A stretch of DNA of 64,000 bases from the human T2T-CHM13v2.0 reference genome, Homo sapiens: assembly GCF_009914755.1 (NCBI RefSeq), contig NC_060926.1, one strand, 5' to 3'. Shown here piece by piece: positions 29,534 to 44,870 of this stretch. The translations under genes and the position numbers were made by a program. The notes under the pieces are model-generated. The model saw only the letters and a program-made list of their open reading frames with translations, had not been told where the DNA came from and ran no database searches. How positions within the stretch are numbered: the stretch's first letter is position 1; each line of letters begins with the position of its first letter.

Positions 29534-29849
29534 CCCGGGGCGGGCCAGGGGAGGGCGGGGCGGAGGGGCGGGTCTCAAGGCGGCAGAGCGCGCTGGTGCT
29601 GATGCAGGATGGCTGAGCGCGCAGGAGCCCGGGAGGTCTGAGCCGGGCGAGGCTCGCTCCCTGCGCATCGCCTCCTCCGCCCGCCGCGTGGTCGCGGGCA
29701 GGTGGGCCGGGGGGCGCTGGGCAGGGGCGGGGCAGGGCCAGGGCAGGCCGGTCTGCAGCCGGAGGGGCCGGAGCGGAGAAGCTGCCCACCTTCCCGGGCT
29801 CGGAGCGGCCGGGGCTGCTCAGCCGGCCGGGCTCGCGATGACCTGCTGA

Positions 29850-30467
<618 letters not shown>

Positions 30468-32444
30468 TAAAGTGTGAGCTCTGCAACCCGCAAATGCTTC
30501 TGGGCATCAATCAATTCGATTTACCAAACGCCTTGCCTCTTCTTCTCACGACCCTAGCAAAAAAGAAAGAAAAAGGGGTACAGGAAAATTTCTAGTCGCG
30601 TCTCGGAGCTCCCGCGGCAGTGTAGACGCGGCTCCCCGCGGTGTTACACCTGGCTCCGCGCGCGGAAGGCGGAGGGTTGGGGGAGTACTGGTGGCCTCGG
30701 TGTCCCCTGGAGGCCTGGTGTGTCTCCCGCTTCCTCTCACGCCTGGCTGCCCTGGATGTGGAGTCCCGGCTTGATCCCTCCCCTCTGGGATGACCTCCCT
30801 CCCATGTCTGCAGACCCTCTGATGCGCCTCACGCTGGGTGGAGAGGAGGCTGTGTCCACATCTGTGGGGCGAGGGGGCTCAGAGCGCAGTAGCCCCCTGT
30901 GCCAAGAGCAGAAGTTACTTCGTGCGGCTCGGACCCCCCTCCCTCTCTATCTCCCTTCCCCACCTTTTCTCCCCCACCCCCTCCCCCTACTTAGCTCCCT
31001 CTCTGCAGCTGGGGCTGCTGGTAGGGGGAGGGAACACCAATGGATTGTAGTTCTTAAAGGAATCTGTCAGATGAAACAAACCAGCTCGGTCCCCCGCCCC
31101 TTCCCCGCCCGCTGTCCGTAGCGTGTGTGGCTGATGGTGCCCCCTTTGTATGCGAGCCGCGTGGGGAGGGACCGAGTTAATGGGAGCCTCCCGGTCCCCG
31201 CTGACACGTTCCTGGCAGCCTGCTCCAGGCTGCTGATGCAGCCTTCCCGTCCCCAGCATTGATTAAGTGATGTCATCCTGATCACTGAGCATGCTCCGAC
31301 TAACCCCCTCCTCCCCTTCCTCCAGTGGCTGGTGTATTTAGGTCAAGTGATTGACAGGTGACAGTTTACCGAGGGTATTGCAGGAGTCCGCCTGGCCTTT
31401 CTCAAGCGCCAGAGGCCGACGTTTTCCAGCCCGGGCGGTCCCCAGCATCTTTGCCAAGGTTGTCTGCCGCAGTCGCAGCGAAGGGCCCTGGGGACCAGCA
31501 GGTGCCAGCTGTACCGTAAGGCGGGAGCTCTCCACGCTAGAGGAGCCTGGGCAAGGCTCTGGCCTCAGGGCTTTAACCTGTACCTGGCTTTAAAAGGCTG
31601 CTCCCTTTGACGACCTCTTCTCACCTCCCCATTTTCACAGTCATCAGGAACGTCTGACCTCCAAACGCTGTGTGGATGGGCGATCATTCTGCGAGCTGAC
31701 CTATGAGGGCAGGAAAGCGGGGTTTTCTCTCTGTTTAGTGTTAAACTTGCAGAGAAGATATAAGCTACGATTATTGATGAGGAAGGAAATTCTGCAGTTA
31801 ATGGCAGATAAGTGTTAGTGACATATACATAGGCAGTACCTGGGGCAGTTAGTGACTTATTTGGTTTACAGCTCTCAGCCAGTATCTGCCTACAGCCTGA
31901 TCTGCTACTTTCTGAGCCAGGCTGTGGTTTAGATAGAGTGGGAGTTACTGGGGACATCTAGTCCCTGCCCCTTGGCTTGTAACAATTTTTAAACAAATAA
32001 TTGTGCAGTACTGGAACATGTTCTGGCAACCCTATTTTTTTCCCAGAGGTTTTGAAGAGCCTGAAGAAGTTTTTCTTCTCCCCTCCTCCCTCCTCCCCCA
32101 TCCCCTTTCCCCTCTCCCCTCTCCCTTCTCCTCCTCTTCTTCTCCCAGAACCAATGAAATGAAGTAATAAATCATCTTCCTTGACCTGTATGCAAGGCAG
32201 AGCTCCTTAATTTTAGAATTATCCTTCTTTAATATGACATTGCTATGAGTATATATTTCCTTATCTAAATAAACATATATTAGTGGCTAAACAAATTAAA
32301 ACCAAGTCACCATATTAAATAAGAAGTTTAAATAAAAATCATAGATGTGAATATACACATTGCTTTTCAACCGTAAAGTAAGTTTTGCTCATCCTACTAT
32401 AATCCTTTAATACAACAGTTTTCAGTTTTTCTAAGGTAAACTTT

Positions 32445-32900
32445 TTATTGAAATGAAGCATTCATATAGAAAACTGTTATCATAAGTATACAGTTGGATG
32501 ACTTTTCATAAAGTAAATGCTCCCTGTAACCACCTCACAGACTAAGAAACAGACATTTTGGGACCCTAGAAATCCCCCTTGTGGCCCTTCCAGTCCCTAA
32601 ATCCCCCTGCTTCAGGGTAACCATGATTCTCACTTCTGATGCTATTAGTTTTGCTTGTTTCTTTTTAACTTTATATTACATAAAACCATAGAGTATGTTC
32701 TCTTTTGTGTGTGGTTTCTTGGGATTAAGTGTTATGCTTGTCAAATTCATCCTCATTGTTTTGTAGTATTCCATGATATGAATATACTACAATTTGTCTA
32801 CTGACTGTTGATGGATATTTGGATAGTTTCCGGTTTGGGGCTAATATGGCTAGTGCTGCTATGAACATTCGTTTATGTATATTTTGGTGAGTGCATGTAC
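32445..32900 (-). mobile_element. Old L1ME-like 3' fragment
   Basis: gttgatggatatttggatagtttccggtttggggcta...gtgctgctatgaacatt. Confidence 0.7.
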
Positions 32901-34365
32901 AGAATAGAAGACTGCCAGATACTGAAGGGTTTGGGAGTTGGGTTGGCATGTGCCAGGATCCTTCCCATTCCTAATTGATAATGTGGCACTAAAGGAAATG
33001 AGGGTTCTGGCAGTCTGTATCATGCCATATGCAATGAGTAGAATGGTCCCAAGTCAATTCAGTTGGAGCCGGCTGACATGGCTCAGTTGCAAGTGAAAAC
33101 TGTCTGAGATGTACACAACCTTCCTTAGTTCTAGGGGCACAGACTGTGGATGACCAAAGAAGCCCAGATCATCCAGAAATATGTCACCTTCAAACAGAGA
33201 CAAGTAAAGAATGAATTTTGGTGGAGTTATCTGTTAGTCCAAATTCAGAATCCCAGAAATTCTTTGTGTTTTTGAAACTGGGGTCATTTTTTCCCTTAAA
33301 GTTCTGTTTGTTATGGAGATATATTCCAAGAAAGAGATTTTACAGGTGGAGTTTCTAGATTTCTCTTTTATGAAAATGTCCTGTTTGGGAGAAATGTTCT
33401 CCATCACTCCTGCAGTTTTTCAGCTTTGTGCAAAGCTGTCTTTCTCTGACCACACCAGCCACAGTCTTTCCCCACTTTGAACTCCTATAGCATTTGTTTT
33501 GTATATGATCTCCCAAGTTTTTTGCCTTGGATTATTATTAGCTTTGGTCATATGCCTAATGACATTGTAAGCCATGTTTAGAGACAAGAACTGTGCATGT
33601 TTTGCTCCTTTATACTTCCCAGGGCTTTGTCTGTAGAAGGCACTTAGTAAATATTTATCGATCTCTCTGTGAATTCTGGAAACTTTACTTTGGTATATTT
33701 AACATAGTTTACAGAGTTTTTATTGGCCGTAGGCTGTGGGGAGTAGTTAAAAAATAATTTTAAAGATAAGTGCTGTTTCTCTGAGTGGGCCTGGTAAGAT
33801 AGCATATATAATACTTAAAATGATATAAGAAAATTGGGAAAGAACTGCATTCAGCTTTGGCAAAAATTAGAAGAGCTAAAGATGCTGATGGTGAACTAGA
33901 AGTAGAGGGTGGGGGTGGGTAAGTGATTAGAAAAGAGGCTCCCTCCCATAACACATTAATTTTTCAGCAAAAATATTGGATTTACAGCATTTCTCAGAGT
34001 ACTCCATTAGCTGCTAAAAGTCCTGGTGAGTCATCCATTACTTTGGGTTCTGCCTATTGGTTTTGAAGCAACTGTATTAATGGAAGCTCTCTGACATGGT
34101 GAGTTCTCAGTAAAGTTCTTTGAAATGGATTTTCACACTTCACTTTCCTCTTATTGGGCTTTTCTCTTGTTTGCAGTCCTGAGAAAGCAGGTCTTGTTAA
34201 AGATGAGTGCTTCCTCCTGAGGGCCTAAGAGCCAGAGCAAAACATCAGCCACAAACCCTAAGCTGGAAAGTGGCCCCAGTCTTCAGAAGCTTAGATTATT
34301 TCTTGGCAGTAGATGGATGGGGAAGGGGCCTGGAGACCAAATCCGCGCCTGAGTTAGGATTTTAG

Positions 34366-34975
<610 letters not shown>

Positions 34976-36083
34976 CTAAAAGCAGTAACATTTTAAACCA
35001 AAGTAAGTTTATTTAGTCACTTTGTCTAAGTGCATTCTAGTCTAGTAGTGTCAGGATGTATCAGTTCTTCATTCCTCTGTGCCCTAAATTCAGAGATGTT
35101 TATATCACCTGAAATGGGTTAGTGGTTTCCTTCACATGTACCCTGTGAAATCATGGACTGAGGGAACATCATAGAGAGCTGTAATCTGGCGTGTGTCACT
35201 GAGGCCACTCACTATTCACAGTAGGCACACAGTCAGTGAATGGGGTGGGTAGAGGTAGCAGGAAGGGTGAGACAAAACCGAGTGTAGATTCACTAGCTAA
35301 AAAAAAACCTAGTTTTTTTTTTTTTTTTTCAAGTTGCTGAGCTTTCCTGGGCATGAGTTTTCTTGTATTGAAAGTGCAGATAATAATTACTTACCTCACA
35401 GGGTCATTTGGATGAAATGAAATGAAGTGGTGAGAGAGTGTCTGGCACAGAGAAAATGCTCAATAGGCGCTGATTACCTCCTATGTCTCCTGTTCCCTTG
35501 GTGACCTTCCTCATGTCAACATTAGCTTTGGCCCCACAAATTAGTGCCCCTTCTGGCTATCCCCTGAAAACCCTTCTTGCATTACCATTTCTTAGGCATT
35601 TGTTCACCCCATTCTCCTGGTTGGAATACCCACTGTTTTCATCTATTTCTGGTATTTCTAACTATCCTTGAAGGCAAAACTCATATTTCATTTAGCTCTA
35701 GACTACGTTAGCTGTTCCTTTGTGATCATGCATGTTTGTGTGTGCGTGTGCGTGTGTATATCTTCCCATGTAGCTTTTTCTTTTTCTTTTTTTAATTAAA
35801 TTTTTGTCTCCTTTACTGTAGTTGTGTAGTTGCTTAGTAAATGTATCTTGACTGAAGGTTTTTTTTCCCCCTTTCCCTGCCTGAAATCACGACTCCATAA
35901 ATGCCAATTTCTGCATTTCTGTAAATAACTTGGGTATCACTGGAGACTTCCCTCTGCCTCACCTGTGCTTGTCTGGCCCGACTCCCCTATTTAATGATGT
36001 TTTCCATTCTCAGCTCTTCTTCCCATTCACAGTTGGAAACCTCCCCCTACCTTTGATTTCCCTTTAGTCCTTACCTCTAAATC

Positions 36084-36215
36084 ATCGTGGTGATTTAGAG
36101 GGTGAACTCACTGGAATGGGGATGCTTGCATGTGTAATCTTACTAAGAGCTAATAGAAAGGCTAGGACCAAACCTATTTGTTTATGGGGTGATGTGAGCC
36201 CGTCTAAACAGTTTC
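36084..36215 (-). other. NUMT: mitochondrial tRNA-Phe 3' half plus start of 12S rRNA
   Basis: Reverse complement reads TGTTTAGACGGGCTCACATCACCCCATAAACAAATAGGTTTGGTCCTAGCCTTTCTATTAGCTCTTAGTAAGATTACACATGCAAGCATCCCCATTCCAGTGAGTTCACCCTCTAAATCACCACGAT, nearly identical to human mtDNA around positions 613-744 as recalled. Confidence 0.95.
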
Positions 36216-37577
36216 CCACCTGTGTCTACTTATGTAAAAAAAAGCAAAAACAAATTGCCTACTCCCTAATGGTTTCTCTTGAGTTCAAAAAAATAAAGCC
36301 CCTTGACAGATCCAGTCTCACCTTACTTTCTTCCAGGTTTTTTTTCATAAAGTTCTAATTTTGTGGCTGAGAAAGCTCTCCCCATAACCCATTTGCTGCA
36401 CGTCAACCAAGTTCCTCTTAGTAGGAATTGAGTGGTTGAGTTTGAGGTTGTTTGTAAATATCATGGAGAACTCGGGAGAAAACTATTTTAGATTCACCGT
36501 GGCGTCTTCACAGCACCGAACCTGAGGGTGAGTCAGATAGCCAGGATGAACTCTGAGCTCTGAGCTCTGCCACTTCTTATCTGTGAGAACTTGGGCAAAT
36601 TCCTAAACCACGCTGAGTTCCAGTTTTCTCACCCGTAAAATAGAGATAACAACACTCTCCACTGTCTAGGGCCGTTGTGTGCTAAGCCCAGTGGCTAGTC
36701 CACGGCAGGCATCCAGATAAGGCCCAGTAGTGCTTACTTCTCTACACTGTTGTCCGGCTGATTAATCTTGGGAAGGTGCAGACCCTTCAGAGGTTCCCCT
36801 GTGCCCTCAGGTTGGAAACCAGATGCTTCAGTAGGGGCATTCCAGGCCCTCCATACTGTGGGCCTGCCTACTCCCTAGCCTTACTCCTCACCCCATATTT
36901 CATCTGTGCTTCTGTTCCCCCTCAAGAAGATTAGGCTGCTCAATGCCCATCCCTTTTCCCTCAGCTGCTCACATCAACCCAAATGCCTGGGGAGACTGTC
37001 CTCAAAGCTCACCTGCATGGCCTGTGAGCTTTGGAAGGGCATCCATTCGCCTTTAGACTCTCAGCCCACAATACCTCCTCTGACACTTTTTCTGATCAGC
37101 CCCTGTCTCCCCATTCTGCCAGCCAGGTGGAATCAGCCCCTTCCCCCTAAGCATCACTGTACTTTGCCCTTCCCCAGTAGAGCATTTCATTTATTTGGTA
37201 AATCTGTCCTTTCCTCCAATTAGGCTGAAAACCTTGAGGGCAGGAAATTGTGTCCCATTTATTTCTGTCTCCAAGACCCGGAACAAGGCCTAGAACAGAG
37301 TAGTTGCTCAGTATAAGACGTCTTTTGAAAAAAGTGAAAGGGTGCTGACCCTCCTTGGCTGTCAGAGTTTGGGGTTATTTGCTTGGATTGTCACTTTGAC
37401 CTCTGTCCAGCTCTGGCAATTTGTCTTTCCTCCTTTAGACATCTTTATGGTTTTGTTATTATTCTCTTAAAATAAATAGCTTCTTTTTGTATATGTGGGG
37501 GTCCCAATATGTTGCCTGCTCAGTGAAGAAAATTTAGACCATGCAAAAAATCATAAAGAAGGTAAAAATTACATTTT

Positions 37578-37905
<328 letters not shown>

Positions 37906-39231
37906 TTAACATTTTATTGTATATTCTAGTTCTTTTCTATTCTTACAACACACTTTGTTTTAAAACAAAGATATTTTATAAAATCTATTTTAAAACTGTT
38001 TTACTTAATAGTATAGTATACTAAACTAAATGCTGATGTCTGAAGTCTAATGTACTATACTTTTTCAGCATTCTAAAAGTTGCATATAATTTCATTATAT
38101 GCCTAATCAATACTTTATTTCCTACTGATGGACCTTTGTTTTTCTGTTGGTTTTTTTTTCCTATTATAAACAAAGGCATGATATAAACAGTAGTCCACAT
38201 ACCTCCTTGTGGACTTGCCCAATTATTTTGTTAGAATACATTCCTAGAATTGAGATTACTGGGTAAAAGGATATACGAGATGATTTTAAGACACCCACCA
38301 CAGTTTTTGAGAGGGAGCAATTTAGAAATAGCAAATTGTCTTCTGTTTTATAGTCTCACTTCTCTGCTCACCCCATGGAACTGCTGCCAGTTTGTCTCAT
38401 AAAGCATCCCTTCATATTCGAGCTAAATTAAATTCTTACTGAGGGTATGTGCTTCGTCATGCACTGTTAACCCCCAGATCCGGAACATGGCAATGCCTTC
38501 AGACTTTTAATGTAAACCATAGGATTTTGTAGGCTGTCTTTTGTCAGTTTCAATATCCTAAAGGATGTTGTTTGTTGGAGGTGATCAAAAGCTAAATCTC
38601 TCTCTGGAGGCAGACAGAGACAGAGGCCAAGACTGTAGTCTTAGAGAAAAATAGGATGGATATACCCTTTCTTCTTGGTGCTCACATTGAATGGCCTGTG
38701 ATATCTTCTGGGCAATGGTAAGCTGAGAAAGGAAAAAAACAGCCCCCTCAGAGAAGCCTTAGACAGGACTGCTTTTTCTCTCCCCCCTTGATTCCTAGAC
38801 TCTTTTAGAAAATTTATTATATAAAATTTCAAACATACACCAAAGTAGAAAGAATAAAAAAAGTACTTATCAACCAGTTTTAACCATGATCAGCAAATGG
38901 CCAATCTTATTTTTTGTATACTCTCCTAACCTTTCTCTCCAACCTCACTAGATTGCTTTAAAGCGAAATCTTAACATCTCATATCTTTTGATCCACAAAC
39001 TTCAATATGTATCTCTTTAATTTTAACATAACCACAATAACACTATCACACATAAAATATTAACAGTAATTCCTTACTATCAAATACCCAGGCAGTTCTA
39101 CTTTTCTTCTTGCAGTTGGTTTGTTCAAATCAGAAGGCTAGGTACTGTTCATTTCCAGCAAGGAGAAAGAAATGCTCATACATGTTGACCTTGAAACAAG
39201 AGGAGCCTTTTGCCATGATAGACTTGTCTAG

Positions 39232-39642
<411 letters not shown>

Positions 39643-41374
39643 CAGTCATATCCCAATTATCCTTTGTAATCCACCAGTGCCAGTGTGTCAGGGTCACCTG
39701 GAAAGCTATTTAAAGAGCTTCCTGCTCTGTGGCCTTCTCCCTGCTGCTGCTTCACCTTGCCTTAGCTTGTGTAAGCGTCAGGGAAACAGGCAAATGCGTC
39801 TCATTTGTCTTCAGAACCCTGTCTTATTAGATCGCCATCAACTACATTTGGAGCAATCCTCTTAAGTGTGTCTAGGTGTATTGCATATTACCTTTTCCGC
39901 CAGTGCATACCCATCCTTGATGTGAACTGAACGCTGGAAAATACGTCCACAGAGCTGAAAAGAAAGCATATATGTGAGAGCAGAATTCAGCACAACACAG
40001 TATTTTAACGAAAAAGGTTTGTAGTTCTCTTTTTATGTTTCATATTCCTCTTCTCATTAAAGAAAAACTTTTGAAGGGAGATGGAGTTGGAGGAAAAGTG
40101 CAAATAAAAAACAAACCCCGGTGATTTATGCCTTTAGCATCTTTGGCTGCAGGGTATGTTCTTAAGAGCTGCAGATCACTAATAGTATTTTAGAAGCATT
40201 TTATTTGAAGATGTTCGTTACACAATTCTGTATTGACACATGGTGGGACTCTTCCTTTGTCAGGCTTAGTCTTTTACTGGTCTCTCCCATTTCCAGGTCT
40301 TATTTTGCCAAGCAGTCGGCTTCAATTCTCTGAGGAGATTATATCATAGTTTTTCTCTGAACAACCTGTCTGGCACCTCACTCCTAAGAGATTATTGATT
40401 TTCACCTGGGAATCTGGGCACATAACAACTCCATCGATATTAGAAACTTTGGATAGTCATGGGGGAAGGGACTTTTGTTCCCCTTTTACAGCCACCTCTT
40501 GTCCCATAGTCAGGGACAAATGCCAATCTGGTCAGTATCCAAACCTCTTCCAGTCCTGGTTCCTGGTGGGCAGGATCCCGAGTGAGGCTGTCAGTTCCTT
40601 CCTGCATCTGCCCTCTGTGACAGGCTGACCTCTGTAGGGTCTGGTTTCCTGGGATGGCTTCCAGGGCCGACTTTTTTCTCTCCTCTCTGAATGCTGCTGA
40701 GGGGATAAGTTCAGCTGGCTCCACAGATTCAGGCCCAACTGGGCTGGTCTTAAGATTTAGAATAGGTTAGGCTGCAGGATGTTGGGTGGGAAGGTAAGGA
40801 AATGGGAAGACTCCACATAAGCCTCCTCACCTGGGTCTTTGGCCAGGTTCCGTATTGGGATGACAGGTTTGGGTGACCTACCTAGGTGGTGCTTGGATAC
40901 CTGGAGTATCACTATTCTTGTGTAGATCAGACTTGCCCACCCAGCATGGAAGAGGCTGTTAGGGGAGGCTTCTGGCACTGGGTCCCTGGTACTAATGTCA
41001 TCATGATAGCATCAAATCCCTCTAACTACTAATTGTTTGTTTATATGATATTTGTTGTAAAGTAGACTTTAGAAGGGAAGGAAGTAGTTAGCTGTTCCAG
41101 AATAATTAATTACTTCACTAAAAAACACAACCTGCTAATTATCTGTTCAAACAAGCGGGAGAAAAAACACCCAGACTCCCCTAGGATATATCCTAGAGTA
41201 ACAGCACTTGCTTGCTCATGTGTTTTTTAAAATTTTCTTAATAAATATGGCTCTTGGTAAAGACTGGCTTGAGGATCTGTTTGAAACAATGTTTTCTGGT
41301 CTAGACATTTATCCAAAAGAGTTTGAAAGGGGGAAAATATACACCTCTTTGATAGCTACTTCCTTAGTAACATT

Positions 41375-41697
41375 GCGCTGTCCAAATGGTAGCTGCACGT
41401 GACTACTGGGCACCTGTAATGTAGGTAGTCAAATTGGGATAAGCAGTAGGTATAAAATAGCCATCAAATTTCAAAGACTTAGTACACAAAAAGTAAAATA
41501 TTTTACTAATATTTAAAAATATTCATTACATGTTGAAATGATAGTATTTTGGATATGTTAGGTTAAGTAAGTTATTAATAAAATGAATTTCACCTCTTTC
41601 TTTGTACTTCTTTTAATGAGGCTGCTAGAAAATTTAAAATTACATGTGTGGCTCACATTTGTGGTTGGCATTGTATTTTTCTTGGACAGCACGGCTC
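41375..41697. mobile_element. MER33/MER3-like DNA transposon
   Basis: Terminal inverted ends gcgctgtccaa ... ttggacagcac. Confidence 0.75.
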
Positions 41698-42038
41698 TAA
41701 CATTTAGATGTGATATTCTGATTTTTTTTTTTGCCTTTATTTCAGTTTCACTTTGATATATGGAGAGTCTATTGTGTGCTAAGCTCAGTCCTAAGCATCA
41801 TGGATTTACTATGATAAGACAAGATCCCCGCTATCAATAACCTAAGTCCAATTGGGGGAAAGCAAATTTAAAAAAATCGCTTCGTATCAGTGCCCAAAGA
41901 CAAGTGGAAAGAAAACATGGGTGGAGCCAAACAGAGAAAGCACATTCGATTCTATTCAGGGAAACCTCAGGCAGAGGGACAATTTGATTCTTACTTTGAA
42001 GCTGGGGTAGGAATCTGCTTAGAAAATGTAAAATTTGC

Positions 42039-42190
42039 TTTTTTTTTTTTTAAATTCAACTTCCATTTTCGATGGAGGGGGTACATGTGCAGGTTTGTTA
42101 CTTGGGTATCTTGCACCCAGGCAGGGACCATAGTACCCAGTAGGTAGTTTTTCACCCTACGCCCCCTTCCCGCCCTCCCCACGCTAGTAG
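42039..42190 (-). mobile_element. Short L1P 3' end
   Basis: T tail, then ggggtacatgtgcaggtttgttac...atagtacccagtaggtagtttttca. Confidence 0.8.
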
Positions 42191-42900
42191 TACGCTTCGG
42201 TTACTTTGCACTTCTCCGTAGCTGCTTTACATGTTTGCGTTTTGAATGTTGTTGAGGAAAGATGCGAAAAAGAATGTGTGCTGGAGGCTGGACCCTCCCC
42301 GCCCCTATCACTACCCCTTACCCCCGCAGCAAGGGCTGCGACCCCGCGGGTCCCCGCTGAGCACCGCAGCAATTAAGTACGTGCAAGCCATTTGCGGCAG
42401 CGGGTTTGAGATGCGTTCGTAGTGGGTGACATTGAGAACCCCCAGAGGCGACACGGGCGCCTGGTCTCTGAGAGGTGGCATGCTGCCTGCCGCCCTGGTG
42501 CCTGGCTGCCCCGGAAGGGGCCCCCAGTCGCCGGCCCCGGGAAGGTGCTCCAGGCTCGCGGCTCCTCGGGGGTCGCCTCTGCAGGCGGCCTGTTTCCAAT
42601 TTCCAGGCGAGGAGCGACGCCGTGATGCAAATCTGCCACTTACCTTCTGTCACCATTCTGTCGCTAACGCTAGGAATGATGAAACCTCCTGTTCTGGAAA
42701 TGCATTTCCCTTTAGCACCAGCGCCTTCTAATGAGGTCCCTCTGCCCCGCAGGACAAAAGCGCCCATTAGGGGGCCCTGTGGTGGGAGGCGGCCACTCCG
42801 CTTGGCGCCGTGAGGGAAACCAAGGAAACCGTCTTTGTCGCTCACAGGTGCCTCTTTTTGTCCTGGCCTCTGCTTGTGGAAGAGGTCGCCTTGCAGGTGA
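42150..42900. promoter_or_regulatory. Second, intronic CpG island (candidate antisense or alternative promoter)
   Basis: Local high GC and CpG density about 12.5 kb downstream of exon 1; no recognisable coding exon. Confidence 0.75.
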
Positions 42901-44656
42901 AGGCCACACAGCTCTTTGGAGAAGGAGTCTGATTCTGTGCTGAAAAATCTCTCTTCCCAACCCCCACTCAGGTCTCTGTTGTCTGGGTTGGCACAGAATT
43001 GATTTTTTTCCTCCTTTGTAAGTGGCAAAAACGCTATGATGGTAACATGAAAGCAAGCAACAAACGCAGCCCTAATCTGCCCACCCTACATCTTCCATTT
43101 TATTTTTTCTATCCTCCTTTCTTCTTTTGGTTGGTGCTTAATATTAAAAAAAAAAAAGTATATCCAACCACAGATATACAGTTCTGCCTTTTTTTCCTTT
43201 TTACCTAAATATACTCCATAAACAGTTTCCATGTTGTGTAATATCTTCATGTTTCTACTTTTCAGTGATTGCTTAAATGTCCATTGGGCTGATAGGTCAC
43301 AGTTCGCTAACCCATCTCATTGTTGTTCATTGGGATCTCCACTTTCCCTTACTCTAGGTGATGGGCTAATGAGCATCTGCATGCACAGAGCTGTGTTCTT
43401 TTGTTGAATTGTTTCTGGAGTATAAATTCTCCAGAAGCCAATTTCCTGGAACCAATGCTGTGAACATTTTAATTTGATCCTATGAAATATTATCCTATTG
43501 CTTTCCATACAGGGTCTACTGATTCCTACAACCATCAGGAATGTATGAGTGTCCCATCTGGTGGTTAATTCATTTTTTAAATAAAGGAGATGAATCACTT
43601 GAAAATATTTGGAGAGCAATGGTCTGGGATTCATGTATCTTAGAATTTTTTTCCCTGTCTTTTCCTCTGATATATTTGAATTGTAAACTAATTGTATAAC
43701 TATTTAGCAAACTATTTTAACTTGGAATATTGTTGCCAGTCAGCACTCTGGGGGCCAGGCTGGTGGGAGGGGAGTCTCCTGGGCTATATAGAGGGAGGAA
43801 GGACTTGGAGGGGTTGCTGTACCCCACTCCCCAACATCCATCAATTGGTGGAGGAATTGGTTGGAGATGGTGATTTGCACTTGGGACTAACTCAGGGTTC
43901 TTCTCACATGCTCACAGATGTAATTATTTCTGCTATTGCATTGGATGAACTTCAGACCTTTGGTATCCCAATAGCAGCACCCATGGGGATCCGTTTCACT
44001 TAGATGATCCGGCACTATGTTTGACTGCTTCTGGTAGGAATCCATCCTTCTTCTGGGAGGTGTGGTGACACCACTTACAAGGCATTACTTCATGCTTTGA
44101 TGGTTATGGATACTCAGGGATCCGCACGTCTTTAGTTCTGGAAGAGCTCAGCCACCAGGCACATCATCCTCTGGGCATCACTGGCAAGCCCAGGGGCTGG
44201 GACAGGAGAACCTGAGTAAGGTAAACAAAAGGAAAAGCAATATGAGGAGGAAATTACGGTGGAAAAAGAGAGGAAAGGAATGCTGTGGGCCCCCTTTCTG
44301 GGTGTGTTTGTTGTCTTACTTTAGAAGACACAGCATGTTTCCTTTTCTACAAAATTTATTTTGAGTACAAAATGCTGCTCTTTATTGCGTAGGTTTAGTC
44401 ACTCAAATACAGAGGTCCTTTTTGGTGCCTTAACTATCATGTTGAGTACCATTTACTTAAGAAACTAACTGGTTTGTGAAAAATTTACCTATACTGCTGT
44501 TATACCTATTTATAAGCTATAAATAATAACTTTTAAAATGTTTAAATAGAGACACTTTTTGCATACAACTTAAAGAACACACAAGGCACAAAGAAAAAAG
44601 GAAAGATGGAATAACAGTTTCTACAGGGGAGAAAAGGTATTCAAGATGATCACTGT

Positions 44657-44870
<214 letters not shown>

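Noticed and set aside
36084-36215. Functional tRNA or rRNA gene
   Set aside because: Only partial tRNA-Phe and about 100 nt of 12S; treated as a NUMT.
42318-43028. 236-aa minus-strand ORF
   Set aside because: Spans a CpG island, has a non-ATG start and no recognisable domain.
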